Below are positions 21,246 to 34,410 of a stretch of 64,000 bases of DNA, in pieces. Position numbers and translations under genes: made by a program. This DNA is from Paraspadella gotoi (lineage: Eukaryota; Animalia; Chaetognatha), in the NCBI GenBank assembly GCA_051294375.1, contig CM119264.1:27291340-27355339 (forward strand), read 5' to 3'. The notes beneath the pieces were generated by a model, which saw only the letters and a program-made list of their open reading frames with translations, was not told where the DNA came from and ran no database searches. Within the stretch, counting starts at the first letter, position 1; every line of letters starts with the position of its first letter.

Positions 21246-24200
21246 ATGGAAAAAGATCAACCTCAAACTGCACCAACCGTAGCCGCCAGCGCCGTCGGAA
21301 TTTCTGGCGAGACGGCGACAGCGGCGTCGTCGGGGACGAGAAACACGGCGCCGAACTCGATAAAGAATTACATCGGTTTCGAAGACGTCGTCGTCGAAAG
21401 GGCGAGGTGAGTTGGAGTAGGTTAAGATAAAAAGGAGTTGGTTTTGTTTTTAAATTCGTTCTAATGCATATCTTTACCTAACCTGTCATTCCAAAAACCT
21501 CACTTTCATCTTCACTTAACTATATCGTCTCCCTCGAATCAAAAAAGGCCGACGAAGAAGTTGACCCTCGTGGCTCAGTTCGACGACCTCGTCCGCCGGA
21601 CCGACTGGTTGGTCACGGAAGACGAAGAGACGCGGCGCTTGATATCCTTGCTGCGTCAACAGGATGACGCGAGGCGGGTGTGGCTGCGTCTTGAGACGGA
21701 TCACTCGTGCTGCGCAGAAAGAGCCGAGGCGTTGCAGCAGGAATGCCGGGCGATGGAGACGCGACTCAAACACGCCCGCAACCAGATCGCCCTCGAGATG
21801 GAGCGGCGTCGATCGGCGGAGCGGCGTCGGGCGGCGGTGGAGCGTCAGGTGGCTGAAGTGAGGGCGCTGCTGGTGGTCGGGGGAGCGGAGGAGGATGAGG
21901 AGGGGACGGCGGAGACGTCGAGAAAAGTGGACAGGCACTCCATCCTCAAGACGCTGGAGAGAACTGAGTGAGTTGAAGGATGATGGGGGATGTGGGGAGA
22001 GAGATTTTTTAAATATCAGTTGATGTTGAAAGCACAATTTGATAAAAGAGAATGCTTTTACCCACCCTAAAAACAAAAACAAAAACAAAAAAAAAACCAC
22101 AAAATAATTTCCTCTTCTCATACAATACACTATTACACATACATATACGTACATACATATACGTATACATTATAATAATAATAATAACTTTATCGATTTT
22201 CCCATCCTAACGATAGTTTCGGCACGCGCTCGCACTTCGTCGCTCCTCCTTCGCTACCGACGACTACCGATTCCGCGTCCAGATCCGGCGCCGAACTTCA
22301 CACGGGCCAAGGAGGCGCTCCGCCGGTGCGGACGCCGCGGCGTCATCTGCATCACAAGGTCTCGGTAAGTGCGAAAGGAGCGTATAGCAGACGAGGAAGC
22401 TGTTACCAGTTGGAATATGTTAAATATAATGTCTTATCAATATTAATTTATTATCAGATCGACGAATCTTGCAACTCGATTTTGGACGACGACATCTCTT
22501 ATGACAAAACCGAAGACGATCTCGAGACGAAGGCTCCCGCCGTCATAGACGACGACGACGAAGAGGACGACGACAAAGGAGGAGGCTTCGTCACTTTGCG
22601 GAGAAGCAAGCCGGCGGGAAAGGGAAGGAAGGGCGAGAGAAAGTCGAGAGAAAGGCGGGGAAAGAGAAGCTCTAATGAGACGTCGCTAGTGAAAAAAGTC
22701 AGTGAACTATAACATTTCTGTTTTATTTTTGTAATTAAAACTATAGCATGTAAATAAACCCTGAACGACTTTTTCCTCTTTGCTCAGATTTTGAAACGAG
22801 GACAAATCTCCGTCCACGAAGGAGAAGCGCTAGTGACGCAAGCGGCGCTCGTCAAAGACGCCGGATCTGGCTTTGCCGCCGCCTTCGAGATCTCCACCGT
22901 TCCGGCTTCGGGTCTCGGCGCCGCCGCCTCAGTCGGCGTCAGCTCCGACGCTCGCCCATCCGCTTTGTTGGGGACAAATGAGAACGGCGGAGTCAATGGA
23001 GACACAGGTGATGAAAATAAAACGCTATCTACTATTCACTTTGTCATTCTGTCGGTCCCCCACCAAAATCTTGTCGGTAAGTTACATGTCAAATTGTTAG
23101 AGACAAATTCGTGCGGACATCGAATTATGAAAAATTATGCAAAAAAAATCGGTGTTCTTCCGTCCGTCCGTCTGTCCCTCCTTAGCTTTGAACGCCAATT
23201 ACTCATGAATGGATAGATGGATTAAGATGAAATTGTGTGTGTAGCAGATCGTAGTGTAAGTATCGTACAAAAATTCTTAGTCAATTATCAACAACTACAA
23301 CATACCATCAGTGAACATTAATTAGTAAATAAAAAAAATTAATTTTATAACACAATTATGTGTTTTATTTTTTATATATTTATATATGAAAATTTGCAAA
23401 ATTACACTATCTTACATTTTTATATTTTATGAATGTTAGTCATTGTATATATTTTTTCGTTTTGTTGTTCATAAGATTAGCAGATTCAAAAAACGAAAGT
23501 TTTTAATATTTTTACAACAATTTTATTACAAATTATTGGACGTGTTTCGACTCTTGTTTTGTTCAAGTCTTCATCAGCATTTGACAGTTATAATTTTTCA
23601 CAATCATAAAGTTGAGGAGAGAGAGAGAGTGAGAGAGAGAGAGAGTTTCCAACAAAGAATTGAGAAAGGACAGTGGTCAGATTTTAGGACAGGTGAAAGT
23701 AAGGACAGGAAAAAGGGGAAATAAGTTGATTTTTGTGAAATAGTGAAAATGAAAGAGAGAGAGAGAGAGAAACAATACATTTTGAGATGTACAATAAGGC
23801 GTAGTGAAAGTTACGTATGGAAATTCTAAAAGTAAATTATGAACAACATACCATCAGTAAACATTAATTTGTAAAAAAAAATTATTTTATGTTTTTTAAT
23901 TTTCGCAGTAGGCTATATTTATATATAGTACTATCCTTATAAAATCGAAAAATTTCAAAATAGGTTTTTCTTAATTTTGATTGCAGATTTGAATTCCTCG
24001 TCAAAAGTTGATAAAAGAAAATATTAATTATTTTTAAAAATTCTTTAAGTGGGTTAAAAATTAAAAAAACTATATTTAATATATAAAAAGTTAATTTTCA
24101 GCTTAAAATATAGCTTTTTTTAATTTTTGACCCACTTAATGAAGGAATTTTTCAAAAAGGGTTATATTTCTTTTTATCAACTTTTTATGACGAATCCAAA

Positions 24201-27200
24201 TCTACAAAAAAAACTTTAAAAAAACTGTTTTGAAATTTTAACATTTATTGAATTAGTACTAGTATAAATATGGCCTACTGCGTAAATTGTAAAATTTATT
24301 ATAAATTTTTTTTATATATATATGTTCATTAGTATAATGTTGTTCGTTCCTCACTTTTAGAATTTTAATTAAAGTTAAATTTAGAAATTTTATTACGCCT
24401 TAATGTACAACAAAGATAAATGAATCAGTAAACTAAAGGAATAATAGTAACAGATTCGATTCGAGCTTCTTCCAAGCTACAATTCACTCATCAAGTTGGC
24501 GGTGGAATACCTTACACCACCCCAACCGCACGGGGATTCCCCTGTCCCCACTCAACGGGTCAGGCGGAGGCCTCTCAGCAGGCAATGGACGTCCAATGCC
24601 TCTGAGGCCTATAGCAACTTGGTGCGACCCTTCTCGCACTGAGCATCGACTGAAACGGCAGCTGCAGGAGGAAGGAGAGGAGTCTGTATCACCTGCACCC
24701 AAGCAGTCAAGAACAGGCAACCGCCCACCTCACCGGCAGGTGAGAGGGCAGTTGGCAAGCCTATCAGGCAAAATACATATTCGAGTGGCACTCGGCATCT
24801 TCCCAAGTGGATCACTGCCCGATCCCAGGGTGTCAAACTTTATAAAAATATCTTCTCAGCCTTTGACAGGTCAATGACCCAATCACATTGTCAATGTCCC
24901 CAATTTCCCCGGCCGGGGGGGGGCAGCTCAATTTAAGCTTCTTTCTTAACTTAATTTTTCTCTAAATCTCTACTTATCTATCCCTCACTACTACAATTAA
25001 TCAATTTCACTTATACTTCATTAGTTAAATCAATTATTTCTTTTGTTACTATTATTCCTTTAGTTTACTGATTCATTTATCTTTGTTGTACATTTCAAAA
25101 TGTGTTGTTTCTCTCTCTCTCCCTCTCTTCATTTTCACCATTTCACAAAAATCAACTTATTTCCCCTTTTTCCTGTCCTTACTTTCACCTGTCCTAAAAT
25201 CTTACCACTGTCCTTTCTCAATTCTTTGTTGGAAACTCTCTCTCTCTCTCTCTACTTTATGATTGTGAAAAATTGTCAAATGATTGTAAAAAACTGTCAA
25301 ATGCTGATGAAGACTCGAACAAAACAAGAGTCGAAACATGTCCAATAATTTGTAATAAAATTGTTTTAAAAATATTAAAAACTTTCGTTTTTCGAATCTG
25401 CTAATTTTATGAATTTTTTCCTATTTGATCTATATTATTTAATTATATATATATTACTTTTTTTTTAAATTGTTTGCTTATTATATCTAATAACTCATTT
25501 TGGGATTCATATATATTATTCTTATAAAATCGAAAAAAATTAAAATAGACTTTTCTTAATTTTGTTTGCAGATTTGAATTCCTCGTCAAAAGTTTATAAT
25601 GAAAGAATTTTAAAAAATTTATATTTTCTTTTAATTCTTTTAATTAATTATTATTAATTTTTACTATTTTAAAGATAGTTATTGCACCAGTTTCTATGAA
25701 ATTTGATAGATTCAACATTTTTTTTGGCATTTGAAAAAGGCTGGTTAAACTCGCCGAAACTCTAAAATTCTGAACGTTATTTGATTAGTCTTAGAGAAAT
25801 GAGATTATCTAAAATTTATCAAAACTTGGAAGCAATCATTAATCATGTATTTATCCGTTCAAATGCGAAAACATTTTTTTTTTCTAAATAAAAAGAAAGT
25901 GTCAGAAGTGGGATTCGAACCCACGCCCGCATACGCGGACCAGAAGTCTCTACTGCCTACATCGGCAAAGCTCAACGCTTGAGTCTGGCGCCTTAGACCG
26001 CTCGGCCATTCTGACAATTAAGCTGAGAGCAAGCTCAATTCGATCATAAACAAGTCAGGAGTTCGATACGAGCCTTTTACTTTGATTTGGACTTTGAGAG
26101 AGAACGAGAGAGAACGATCGGTCTTCCTTTAAATCCCGATCTTTTGTTTGTTTTCGATAAATTATATAAATTTAGAGGGTACAAATAAGACAAATTTGAG
26201 CTTTGATTACAAGGTCCGGAAAAATTAATTTCTTAAATTGCTAATATTAATTCTTCCGGAAAAAGAAAATATCTGGAACAACATTTTTTTTTCTAAAATG
26301 TTATAGAATTATCCATTCATTTAATAAATAAGCTTATTTTCCCCTGACTTTGGACAGGCTTTGATGGTTTAAGGTCTCCATCTCTCTTACAAGATAATGA
26401 CATAGCAGGTCCCTGCAAGCTTTCAATCAAGACTCTCACACAGTCTCGTTTACTCGCTTCCAGAATACCTGGCTTCTCTATCATTCTAGATTTCCTTTAT
26501 CCTTTAATTTCTTCAATTTTCGTCAGCCGACGGTCTTCATCAGCAATCGCCGTCTACTTCTTCGCCGAGCAGCGGCAGCACTGGTCTTCGTCAACCTCCG
26601 TCGCCGCTTTACCATCGCCTCGTCGCCCGGTCCAACGCCGCCTCTGTTGCCTCTGCCACTCAAGCCGAGTCGCCCAAGAAATCCTCCGTTTCAAGCAAGA
26701 GGGCGCCGAAAACGGAGCAGAGGGCGCCGTCGGCTCGCCGACCAGAAGCGACAACGGAGGCGGCTGAAGCGACCGAAGTGACTTCACCGTACAAACAGTC
26801 CGTAGTCGCGGACGTGCACTTTCAGGAAAGGTGATTTGCTCGACTTGGTTTGCCTTGGTTTTGTTCTCTTATTATGGAAAGATTATATTCCTTTTTTTTT
26901 CCAGCCCCACCATAAGCTTTCGCGGCGCCAAGGTCTCTCCCCCGCGCCCTCCTCAACCTCCGCCGAATTATCAACCCTCTTCTTCCGCCGCTGATAACAA
27001 CCACGCCTCTATCGCTCCAGCCACCGCCCTTCGTAGTTCCGGTTCGGCGGCGTCAAAGGAAGAGAAGGCGGCGCCATTGGAGACGCAGTCGGCGCCGGTC
27101 GCAATAGGCAAAGGGTGAGGTTCTCTGGATGACAAATTTTGTCGGGTGAGTTGATCGTCTAGTCGGGAAAAATATTTTTTAGGAGGAAGGATGGCGAATA

Positions 27201-29674
27201 TTCGGACAACCACGTTTATTCAAGAGTGAAGAGAAAGTCGAAGCGGTCCGGAAATAAGTCAAAGGTTTGTTAGTTGCGCCTACGTATGCCAACCATCGAT
27301 TTTCACGTCATATCCTCCCCCGGATATTTTTTAGAGTCGCGTTCCTCTCACTACTCACGGTCTGGGTGCCGCTCACAGTGAACCCGCCTCGAAAGATTTG
27401 GCTGACGCCAGGTCTAGAACGACCTCCGATCTCAATGTCGGAAGGAGCGACCTCAAACACGACGATGAATTCGGTAGTTCGGGCTAAAACATTTCTTTTG
27501 TGTTCTTTGATTATTTACAGAGGAGGATTTAGCTTGCTGTCCCATTCTCCTCTTCCTCTTCTTTCCTCCTCCTTCTATGTCTAGCGATATATTCTCTAGT
27601 TATATACTATTTATATACTATTATTTTCCCTCTATTTCCTCACGTCTTCAATACTCCTCAGGATTTATATAACTACTACTACGATTACCTGTTGCATTTA
27701 ATTTCTTAAAGATTCACCGGAAGACGCCGTCAGTCGTGGACTTTACGACGGAAGTTGCGACGTGGTTATCGGCACCGCCCGAGGTTCCGTTCGTGGCGCC
27801 GGCGAAGTGCCGCCCCCGGAGGAACCGCGCCGCTCGCTGTTCGAAGAAGAAGACGGCGACGAAGGCTCCGGTTCCGTTGATTCCTTTTTCGGCGTCGCAT
27901 CTTCGTCGTCCTGCAAAGGTGGGAGAAAGATGGAGCGGAGGTGGGACGACTGCATTGACTAGATTGGACGATTAAATGTTTATAAAGATCATTAATCAAT
28001 TCAGTTAAAACTGATCGACGCGTCGACGCCCCTTCCGATAAATATACATCGAGATACGTCTTTAACGCGGACGATAAATTCGACGCCTGTAAAAACATCG
28101 CCTTCGTCGGCCGAGCGATCGGACCCGACAAGGAAGAGACTCGTCCCAAGTTGGTCTACGGAGATCGAGGCGACGATCGAATGTCGAAGGTGACTACGAC
28201 GACGTCGGAGACGACTCTGGTAAGTCGATTATATCTAATATATATTATTGTTATTTAAACTGCAGTTTCAGTTATTAAAACCCCTAACGATGTCTAAATA
28301 TCTTTCTTCTAGCTCCTCTCCCCCGTCCACCGCGCGGGTCTCCGCAAGCCCCACACGTTCGAGGCTCGCGTCGTCGTTAAGATGGACTCTTGCATCGCCT
28401 GCGGAAAACGCATCGCCTTCGGCAAGATGGCGTCCAAGTGCGTTGCTTGTCGGTCCATGGCGCATCCTGAGTGCCGCCCTCTGGTTCCGTTGCCTTGCAT
28501 TCCTGCGGTGAGTCTTTCAAGAAATATCATCATTCATATTTAAAGTTTAATTGTTTATATTATTTGCTCATTGATTCCCACGCAGCCTTTGACGCCGAAA
28601 CATCTAATGAAAGGAACTTTGGAGGAGTTCGTGCCTCCCTATCGACCCATGATTCCCGCCGTCGTCGTCCACTGCGTTCAGGAAATCGAAAGCAGAGGAT
28701 TAAACGAACAGGGTAAGTTTCTGTTTTTACGAAAAGGCTTATCATTTTTGCTATAACATTGTTAAAACAATTTGTTTCTCGTTCCGCTACCCGCATCCAC
28801 TTCACGACCAGGCCTTTACCGCATTCCTGGCTCGGAAGCGGTTGTGAAGGAGCTGCTGGAAAAGTTTCTCCGCGGGCGAGGATCTCCGAAACTCTGTCGC
28901 TACGACGACATCCACGTCATCGCATCTTGCATCAAGCATTTTCTGAGAAAGCTCAAGGTGAGATGTCCCAGCGACAGCAGACCCTGAACTATTAAGCTCT
29001 GAATGATTTTTATAGCATTGTAACTTATGTTAACTCAGGAACCTTTAGTTACTCACGCCCTTTGGGGATGGTTCGTACAAGCGGCCGAGGAATTTAAAAA
29101 AGGAAAAACGGATGACGCCTACGCCATTCTCGCCAAGTAAGTTTTAATTCTGTTTTATATGAATTTTCAAATAATATGCTATTAAAACATTTCATTCTTT
29201 TAGAGCCGTGTCTAATCTTCCTCCCGCTAACGTGGATACTCTCTCCTTTATCATCCTGCATCTCGTGAGAATTTCACAGACGCCGTGTTGTAAAATGCCC
29301 GTTCAAAATCTCGCAAAGGTATAAATTAATCAATCACCGAATTCTACTCGCTTGATCGTTTAATGTAATGAATCTCTTTAGGTTTTTGGCCCAACTCTAA
29401 TTGGATATTCATCTCCGGAACCGGAGGCTATCCAAATGTTGCATGAACCGAGAAAACAAATTGACGTAAGATGCTAATCAGATTTTTTAAAAGGATTTCT
29501 AGTTTTTATAACATAAAATTTCTATTTTTTTAGGTTTTGGAGTTAATGATGTCCGGCGTGCCTGTAGAGTATTGGGAGAGCGTAATCGGCTCCAGCAGTG
29601 GGGCCGCTTCTCGTCGCCATGACAACAAAAAGTGGGATCAACCGGGCCACCCATTTCTCTTCGGACCGAGATGA
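21246..29674 (+). CDS. RACGAP1: Rac GTPase-activating protein 1 (MgcRacGAP/CYK-4), multi-exon
   Basis: N-terminal LVAQFDDL..ETRLKHARNQIALEMERRR coiled coil, DISYDKTEDDL, C1 domain HTF..CIACGKRIAFGKMASKCVACRSMAHPEC, RhoGAP IPAVVVHCVQEIESRGLNEQ|GLYRIPG..KMPVQNLAKVFGPTLIGYS. Confidence 0.94.
23537..23579 (-). ncRNA. Minimal type I hammerhead ribozyme (PLE-type)
   Basis: Minus strand: tg CTGATGA a gactt gaacaaaacaa gagtc GAAA cacGTC^ ca. Confidence 0.72.
23795..24402. mobile_element. hAT-type MITE, same family as 11581-12170
   Basis: Ends TAAGGCGTAGT / ATTACGCCTTA; 8-bp TSD ATGTACAA (23787-23794, 24403-24410); empty site present in the opposite arm near 25086. Confidence 0.9.
25302..25344 (+). 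ncRNA. Minimal type I hammerhead ribozyme (PLE-type)
   Basis: tg CTGATGA a gactc gaacaaaacaa gagtc GAAA catGTC^ ca; predicted cleavage after 25342; stem I only 2 bp. Confidence 0.75.
25900..26015 (-). tRNA. tRNA-Leu(CAA) with a 32-nt intron (25946-25977)
   Basis: Minus strand GTCAGAATGGCCGAGCGGTCTAAGGCGCCAGACTCAAG-[intron]-TTCTGGTCCGCGTATGCGGGCGTGGGTTCGAATCCCACTTCTGACA; long variable arm; T-run terminator downstream. Confidence 0.96.
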
Positions 29675-29927
29675 ATCCTATATAAAACGCGACTCTCAGA
29701 ATTTTTTATTTTCTATCTCCTACGTTTTGCTTTTCTAACAAATGAGACATTTAGTTTTGACTTTTTTCCTATAATAAAAACGTTCGTTTCTACAGATGAC
29801 GCGTATAATATAAAAACATAAAAGACGCAATAAATAACAATCAATATCGATGAATACAAATTCGATACAATGAAAAAATTAAAAAGACCGTAACCCCCAT
29901 CACGAAACCCGAAAGGAAAACACGATT

Positions 29928-32900
29928 TTACTCCATATAAATGTCCTCGGTAACGGCGAAGCTTCTCTCTTTCCCGCACTCGCTCTCCTCCCACGCGCGC
30001 GCCATCGACTCGGCCAATTCGTTGGCGTCGTCCCGCGTCAAAAACACGTGCGCCACGAAACGCGCGTCCAGGGAAAATTCGTCGACAGTCGGATCGACGC
30101 CACCGACGGCGCCGTAGCGGCGTCCCGTGTCGGATCCGAGAGAAGCGGCGCGGGGGCTAGGGTGGGCGTGGGCGGATAAAGGAGGCGACGCGTCCTGGGC
30201 GGACCAGTCACCGCGTTCGTTGTTGTTGTTGTCGTCCTCGTCGTCGTCTCTCTCGACTCGGACGACGAAAGCGAAAAGGGTTTCGATCGAAGGGTGACAC
30301 CCGAAGAGGCGAACGTCGCTGAAAGGGAAGAAAACGTCGGCGTTTGGCCGATTCATGGGCGTGGACAAAGCCTTGTCCGACGGAGCTTCGCCCGACGAGT
30401 GGTTGCCCGACGAGGACGAGAGAGAGCCCGACCGGCGGATGGAGCGACGGACGGACGGACGAGACAACGTTCCTCGGGAATCCTCTGCGGCGTGGTTGTT
30501 GTTGTTATTGAATAGTCTCGAGACGCTGCTCGCGACTCTTTTAAAGCGCCGCATCTCTTTGACTCGGATTCGAAGTCCCTCCTCCTGTATCTCCATGTAG
30601 CTGGAGGTTTTGAAGCGCGGCCGTTGGCGAGAAGCGAGACGGTCAAGGGCCACCTAATATTTTGGAGCAGGGGGGGAGAAGGAAGGAAGAAATAAAAATA
30701 GAGGTTGGTGGTTTGTGTGAGAACCGAAACTTCCATTTGCTTTATTTTTCTTGGCTCTCTGTCTCACCTCTCTCATGGCCGCGACGAGGACGTCCTCGTC
30801 CTTCTCGCACTCGATGACCGTCGACCCGAAATAATCCGCCTTAAAGCGTCGAGACTTGAAACGCGATTTGGTAGAAGACGACGCCCCCGACAGGAGGCTC
30901 GAAGCCGAGACCACGCTTCGTAGAGAGGCGCCGCTGAATTGCTGCTTGATAGTCTGGAGCTTGTTCGCGGGAGGCTGGTTATGTTCGTGGGTGAACAGGG
31001 AGTCCGCGTGGGAATATTCCTTGCGGACTGCGTAGGCGGACGGGAAGATTCCGTGCGAACCTGATGTAATTACCGAGAAGTTATAAGTTTTAACAATTCT
31101 CGTTCAGAATGCGCTAGAATCGAAGCCACCATACAATCGTCAAGGATGCGTTAATCTTATTATTAAGTGTTACGCTCGCTCCCGGCAGCCCAACCGCATT
31201 TTTACAGTGCACCCTTTAGCGACAGACGCAGATGACGAAGCCGCGCTTATGATTTGCTTTTGATTGACTTCCCTTTCTCACAATCCCATAATACATTTCT
31301 AGACAATCTCGTACGACTCACCCGTCCTAAGATTCGTCCCTTCCATCCACGAGTCGGCGGGGTCTTCCCGCTCCACCAATAGTTCGTCCCCGGATAGAAA
31401 CTCCACCTGTCGAATATCGGGTTTATTTTGATTGCTCTTAAAAAAGTCATACTTTTCTAGATGACGGCCAGCTTTGATGGTCCCTGGTTATTTTCAAACG
31501 GAACTCACCTCGTCGTGGTGTCGAGCGTTGAAGTGGGCGACGGCGATGTGCGTTGCCTTCGGCGCCGAGAGAAATTCGTAGGAAGACGCCGACGTTAGAT
31601 TGGACATGCTCGTCGACGCTGAAGCCAGTCGAGCCGAGGACGATCTTTAATATTTTAATTAATTTACTTAGTATTTAATCAAAGAGGCATTAAAAAGAGA
31701 TTCTATTTTAAAAATCCAATAACACCTGTTCCACAATCGATGCGCCGGAAAATACGCCCTCCTTCCCCTTCGCGCGAACGAATCCTCTGCCCCCGCTGTC
31801 GTGGTGGTCGACTGCGAACACCCGTCCAACGCCTCCAGCGCCAACGAACACGAAGAGAGAGACAAGTGAGAGAAGTTTCCGGCGGCGACGTCCGGAAAGC
31901 GCCGGACGGTGGCCGGAGCGAAGAGGTCGGCGCCGGGACCGCGTTTCGACGGCGACAAGGGGGGACCTCGAGTCGGTGAGACGGGATGATGCACCGAGGG
32001 CGGGCGGGTGCCGAGAGCGCCGAGTGGCTTATCCGCGGCGCCGGCGGATCGGCGGCGTTTGTCTCGTCCCGGCGGCGTCGTCTCTTTTCGACCATTGAGG
32101 ACGGAACCGCCGGCGCCGAACATCTTGCGAATGACGCGCTGGAAGAAGGCAGCTGAAGGCGTCGTCATTTTGGAACTGACAAATCGAAAAATAAGATATT
32201 GTGGCCATAATATCAATAAATTTAATAAACGAAATAGAAAAGCTAAGACTCTTTATGCTCACTTGGAATTTCTCGTCGATTGCTTGGAGCTCTCCTGGGC
32301 AGCGTCGCGTCGCCGCCTCTTGGTTGGAAAGGCTGAGCTGCGAGGGCTGTCGCCGTCGACCATATTATCGGACGTTCGAAGAAGACCTTTGGACACTCCC
32401 ACCTTGTTGAAGGAGAGTTCGAGGGTGTCCGAGAACATGCGAGGACATGGGTCATTGTTTTCCTCGTCGTCCTCGAACATCCTCGATATCCATGAGAGGC
32501 CGGCGTCGAGATTATCTTCGCCGTTCGTCCCTTCGGCGTTGGATTCGAGGACGTCGACTTCTTCGTTGACGATACCGGAAGTTGTGTCGTCGTCGTCGTC
32601 AAAAACGTCGTCGTTATCGTCGTCGTCCTCGCCCATTATCTTCGTCAGATCGAGAGTTTCGTCGAAAAAGTCTTCATCGACGTCTTGTTGAGGCGTGGCC
32701 GAATTCGGACGTTTGAGGGGAGTGGAAGAGTCTGGGATGTAAACAAAAATTATTTTAGTACGTAAATTTATTTATTTTTATTAAAAGTATTACTAAAATA
32801 GTAAAATTAAACTATCTCAATTGAAGTGAGCCACTAGTTACTCTGCTACAATCATCATCAAATTGATTGAACAATGAACAATGTTCATTGAACAATGTTC

Positions 32901-33308
32901 ATTGAACATCTTACCAACTGGTTCTTCGTTTTCTGCAACCAATTTTGACTGAGACAACGTGGCGGTCGAAGCTGCAACGAAATCAATTGCTTTGTCGGAA
33001 CTGGAGCCAGAGCCGGATCTCGAGGCGTCGCCGTTTAAGTCGACGCCGAAGTCGTTTCCGTTGCTTAGACCAGAATCTACGAAGTCTCTGCAGCGAATAA
33101 ACGAAACCGGGGAGCTGCCGGGGTCAGAATCAGCGCCGTCGAAAGTCCAGGCGGCGTCGTTGGAGGATGACGCCGTAGATTCGTTGGCGGAAGCTTGGCG
33201 TCGGAGCGGCGTTGCGTCGTGAACGAGCCGAAGCACCAAATCGGTGGGCAAGGCACCGGGAAGGGTTCCCGACGACATTCTTGGTCGTAGTGATGTTTGG
33301 ATTGACAA
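29928..33308 (-). CDS. MAPK8IP1: JNK-interacting protein 1-like scaffold (SH3 + PTB); 5' end uncertain
   Basis: Spliced SH3 THIAVAHFNARHHDE|VEFLSGDELLVEREDPADSWMEGTNLRT|GSHGIFPSAYA, PTB RFKADYFGS..FGCHP..FAFV, and C-terminus TEDIYME* matching the JIP1 kinesin-light-chain-binding tail (TEDIYLE). Confidence 0.9.
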
Positions 33309-33967
33309 TTGTTAACGATTTCAGCAATGATCTTAAGTTATTAGCATTTTTAAGGGGAGAATCTGATTAGGATCCATTAGGAGTCCGAGAGTGGGCGAGA
33401 ATCCGAGACCAAAAGGAAAGACAAAGGGACGCTCTTCCCGAAATATCGTCCCTTTTTGGTGCAAAGATAATCCAATTCTTTTCTCTGGGACGATAATTTG
33501 GAGGCAGATTAGAAGAAAGCTGAGGCAGATGAGAGATGCTCTCTCCGTCGCCGAATTACGAAGACGATCCTTTTCGCATAGACGACAAATTCGATCGTCG
33601 ATTTCCCTCTCGCTTTCGTTTCGATCGTTCGATCGATCGCGGAAGTGTTTCCAAGGAAAAACGCAAGGGGAGGTCTTATTTTCAAAGATCCAACGATTTG
33701 TTTGCAAAGAAGAGTTTTCCTCGATTTGTTTTCGCAGGAGGAGGATCGAGCGTGGGAGAGAACGAGGGAAGAGCGAAATTATCGTCGTCGTCTTTCTTGA
33801 AGTCGTCGTTGGAATCTTGAAAAGGAAACGAGGAAAAAAAAATGATGGATGTTGAGACGTCGTGTTCGCGATTTCTCGATTCGTCATGAAAAGGAAAAAA
33901 AAAAGAGTAGGGGAAGAGGGACGTGAAAGGGTTTATGTTCGAACGTCGTTCTCACTCATTGTGCGTT

Positions 33968-33968
<1 letters not shown>

Positions 33969-34013
<45 letters not shown>
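33969..34013. repeat. (GT)n(GA)n compound microsatellite in the divergent JIP1/RABGGTA intergenic region
   Basis: gtgtgtgt...gagagaga run. Confidence 0.9.
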
Positions 34014-34016
<3 letters not shown>

Positions 34017-34410
34017 GGCGATCATTCATTGTCGGGGCATAATCCTCCCGCCGCGGCCCTTTTTGACCTGTCCATTGGCCGTCCTTCGCAGCGGTGGGTC
34101 GGTGAAGAGAAACGAGGGTCAAAAACGACCTTACCTTTCCGTTGTTCCTTTTGCGGTATGGAAGGACTGGCCGTCGTTGGGGCCGTGGCAGGGGACTTCA
34201 TTTTCTCTTTTCAGAAATAGTTATTTATAAAATGGCATAAGTTGGTAATATTTTATTCCTTGTTTATACGTCGTGGTTATTGTTCATTGACCTTGTTCGC
34301 GTTTTAAAAGCAATATTTTTACTTTGAATACTAAATAGGCTATATATTTTCAAGGATTCTTAAAAAAAAAACACTTTGAAACATCATTGTCTGACTACCG
34401 AAAAAAGAAA

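Larger units (their letters stand above)
23468..25413. mobile_element. Second fold-back element with outward-facing hammerheads (arms ~23468-24462 and ~25044-25413)
   Basis: Arms are reverse complements once the MITE 23795-24402 is removed; shares the CAAAGAAT..GGACAGTGGTCAG motif with the 11.2-kb element. Confidence 0.8.

Noticed and set aside
26515-26546. CTGATGA...GAAA on the minus strand (hammerhead-like)
   Set aside because: No proper stem II/III or NUH site; overlaps a probable RacGAP1 exon start.
29928-33900. Long overlapping antisense ORFs (e.g. 32008-32691, and 52546-53484 elsewhere)
   Set aside because: Shadows of GC-rich exons of JIP1 and MMS22L with no independent motifs.
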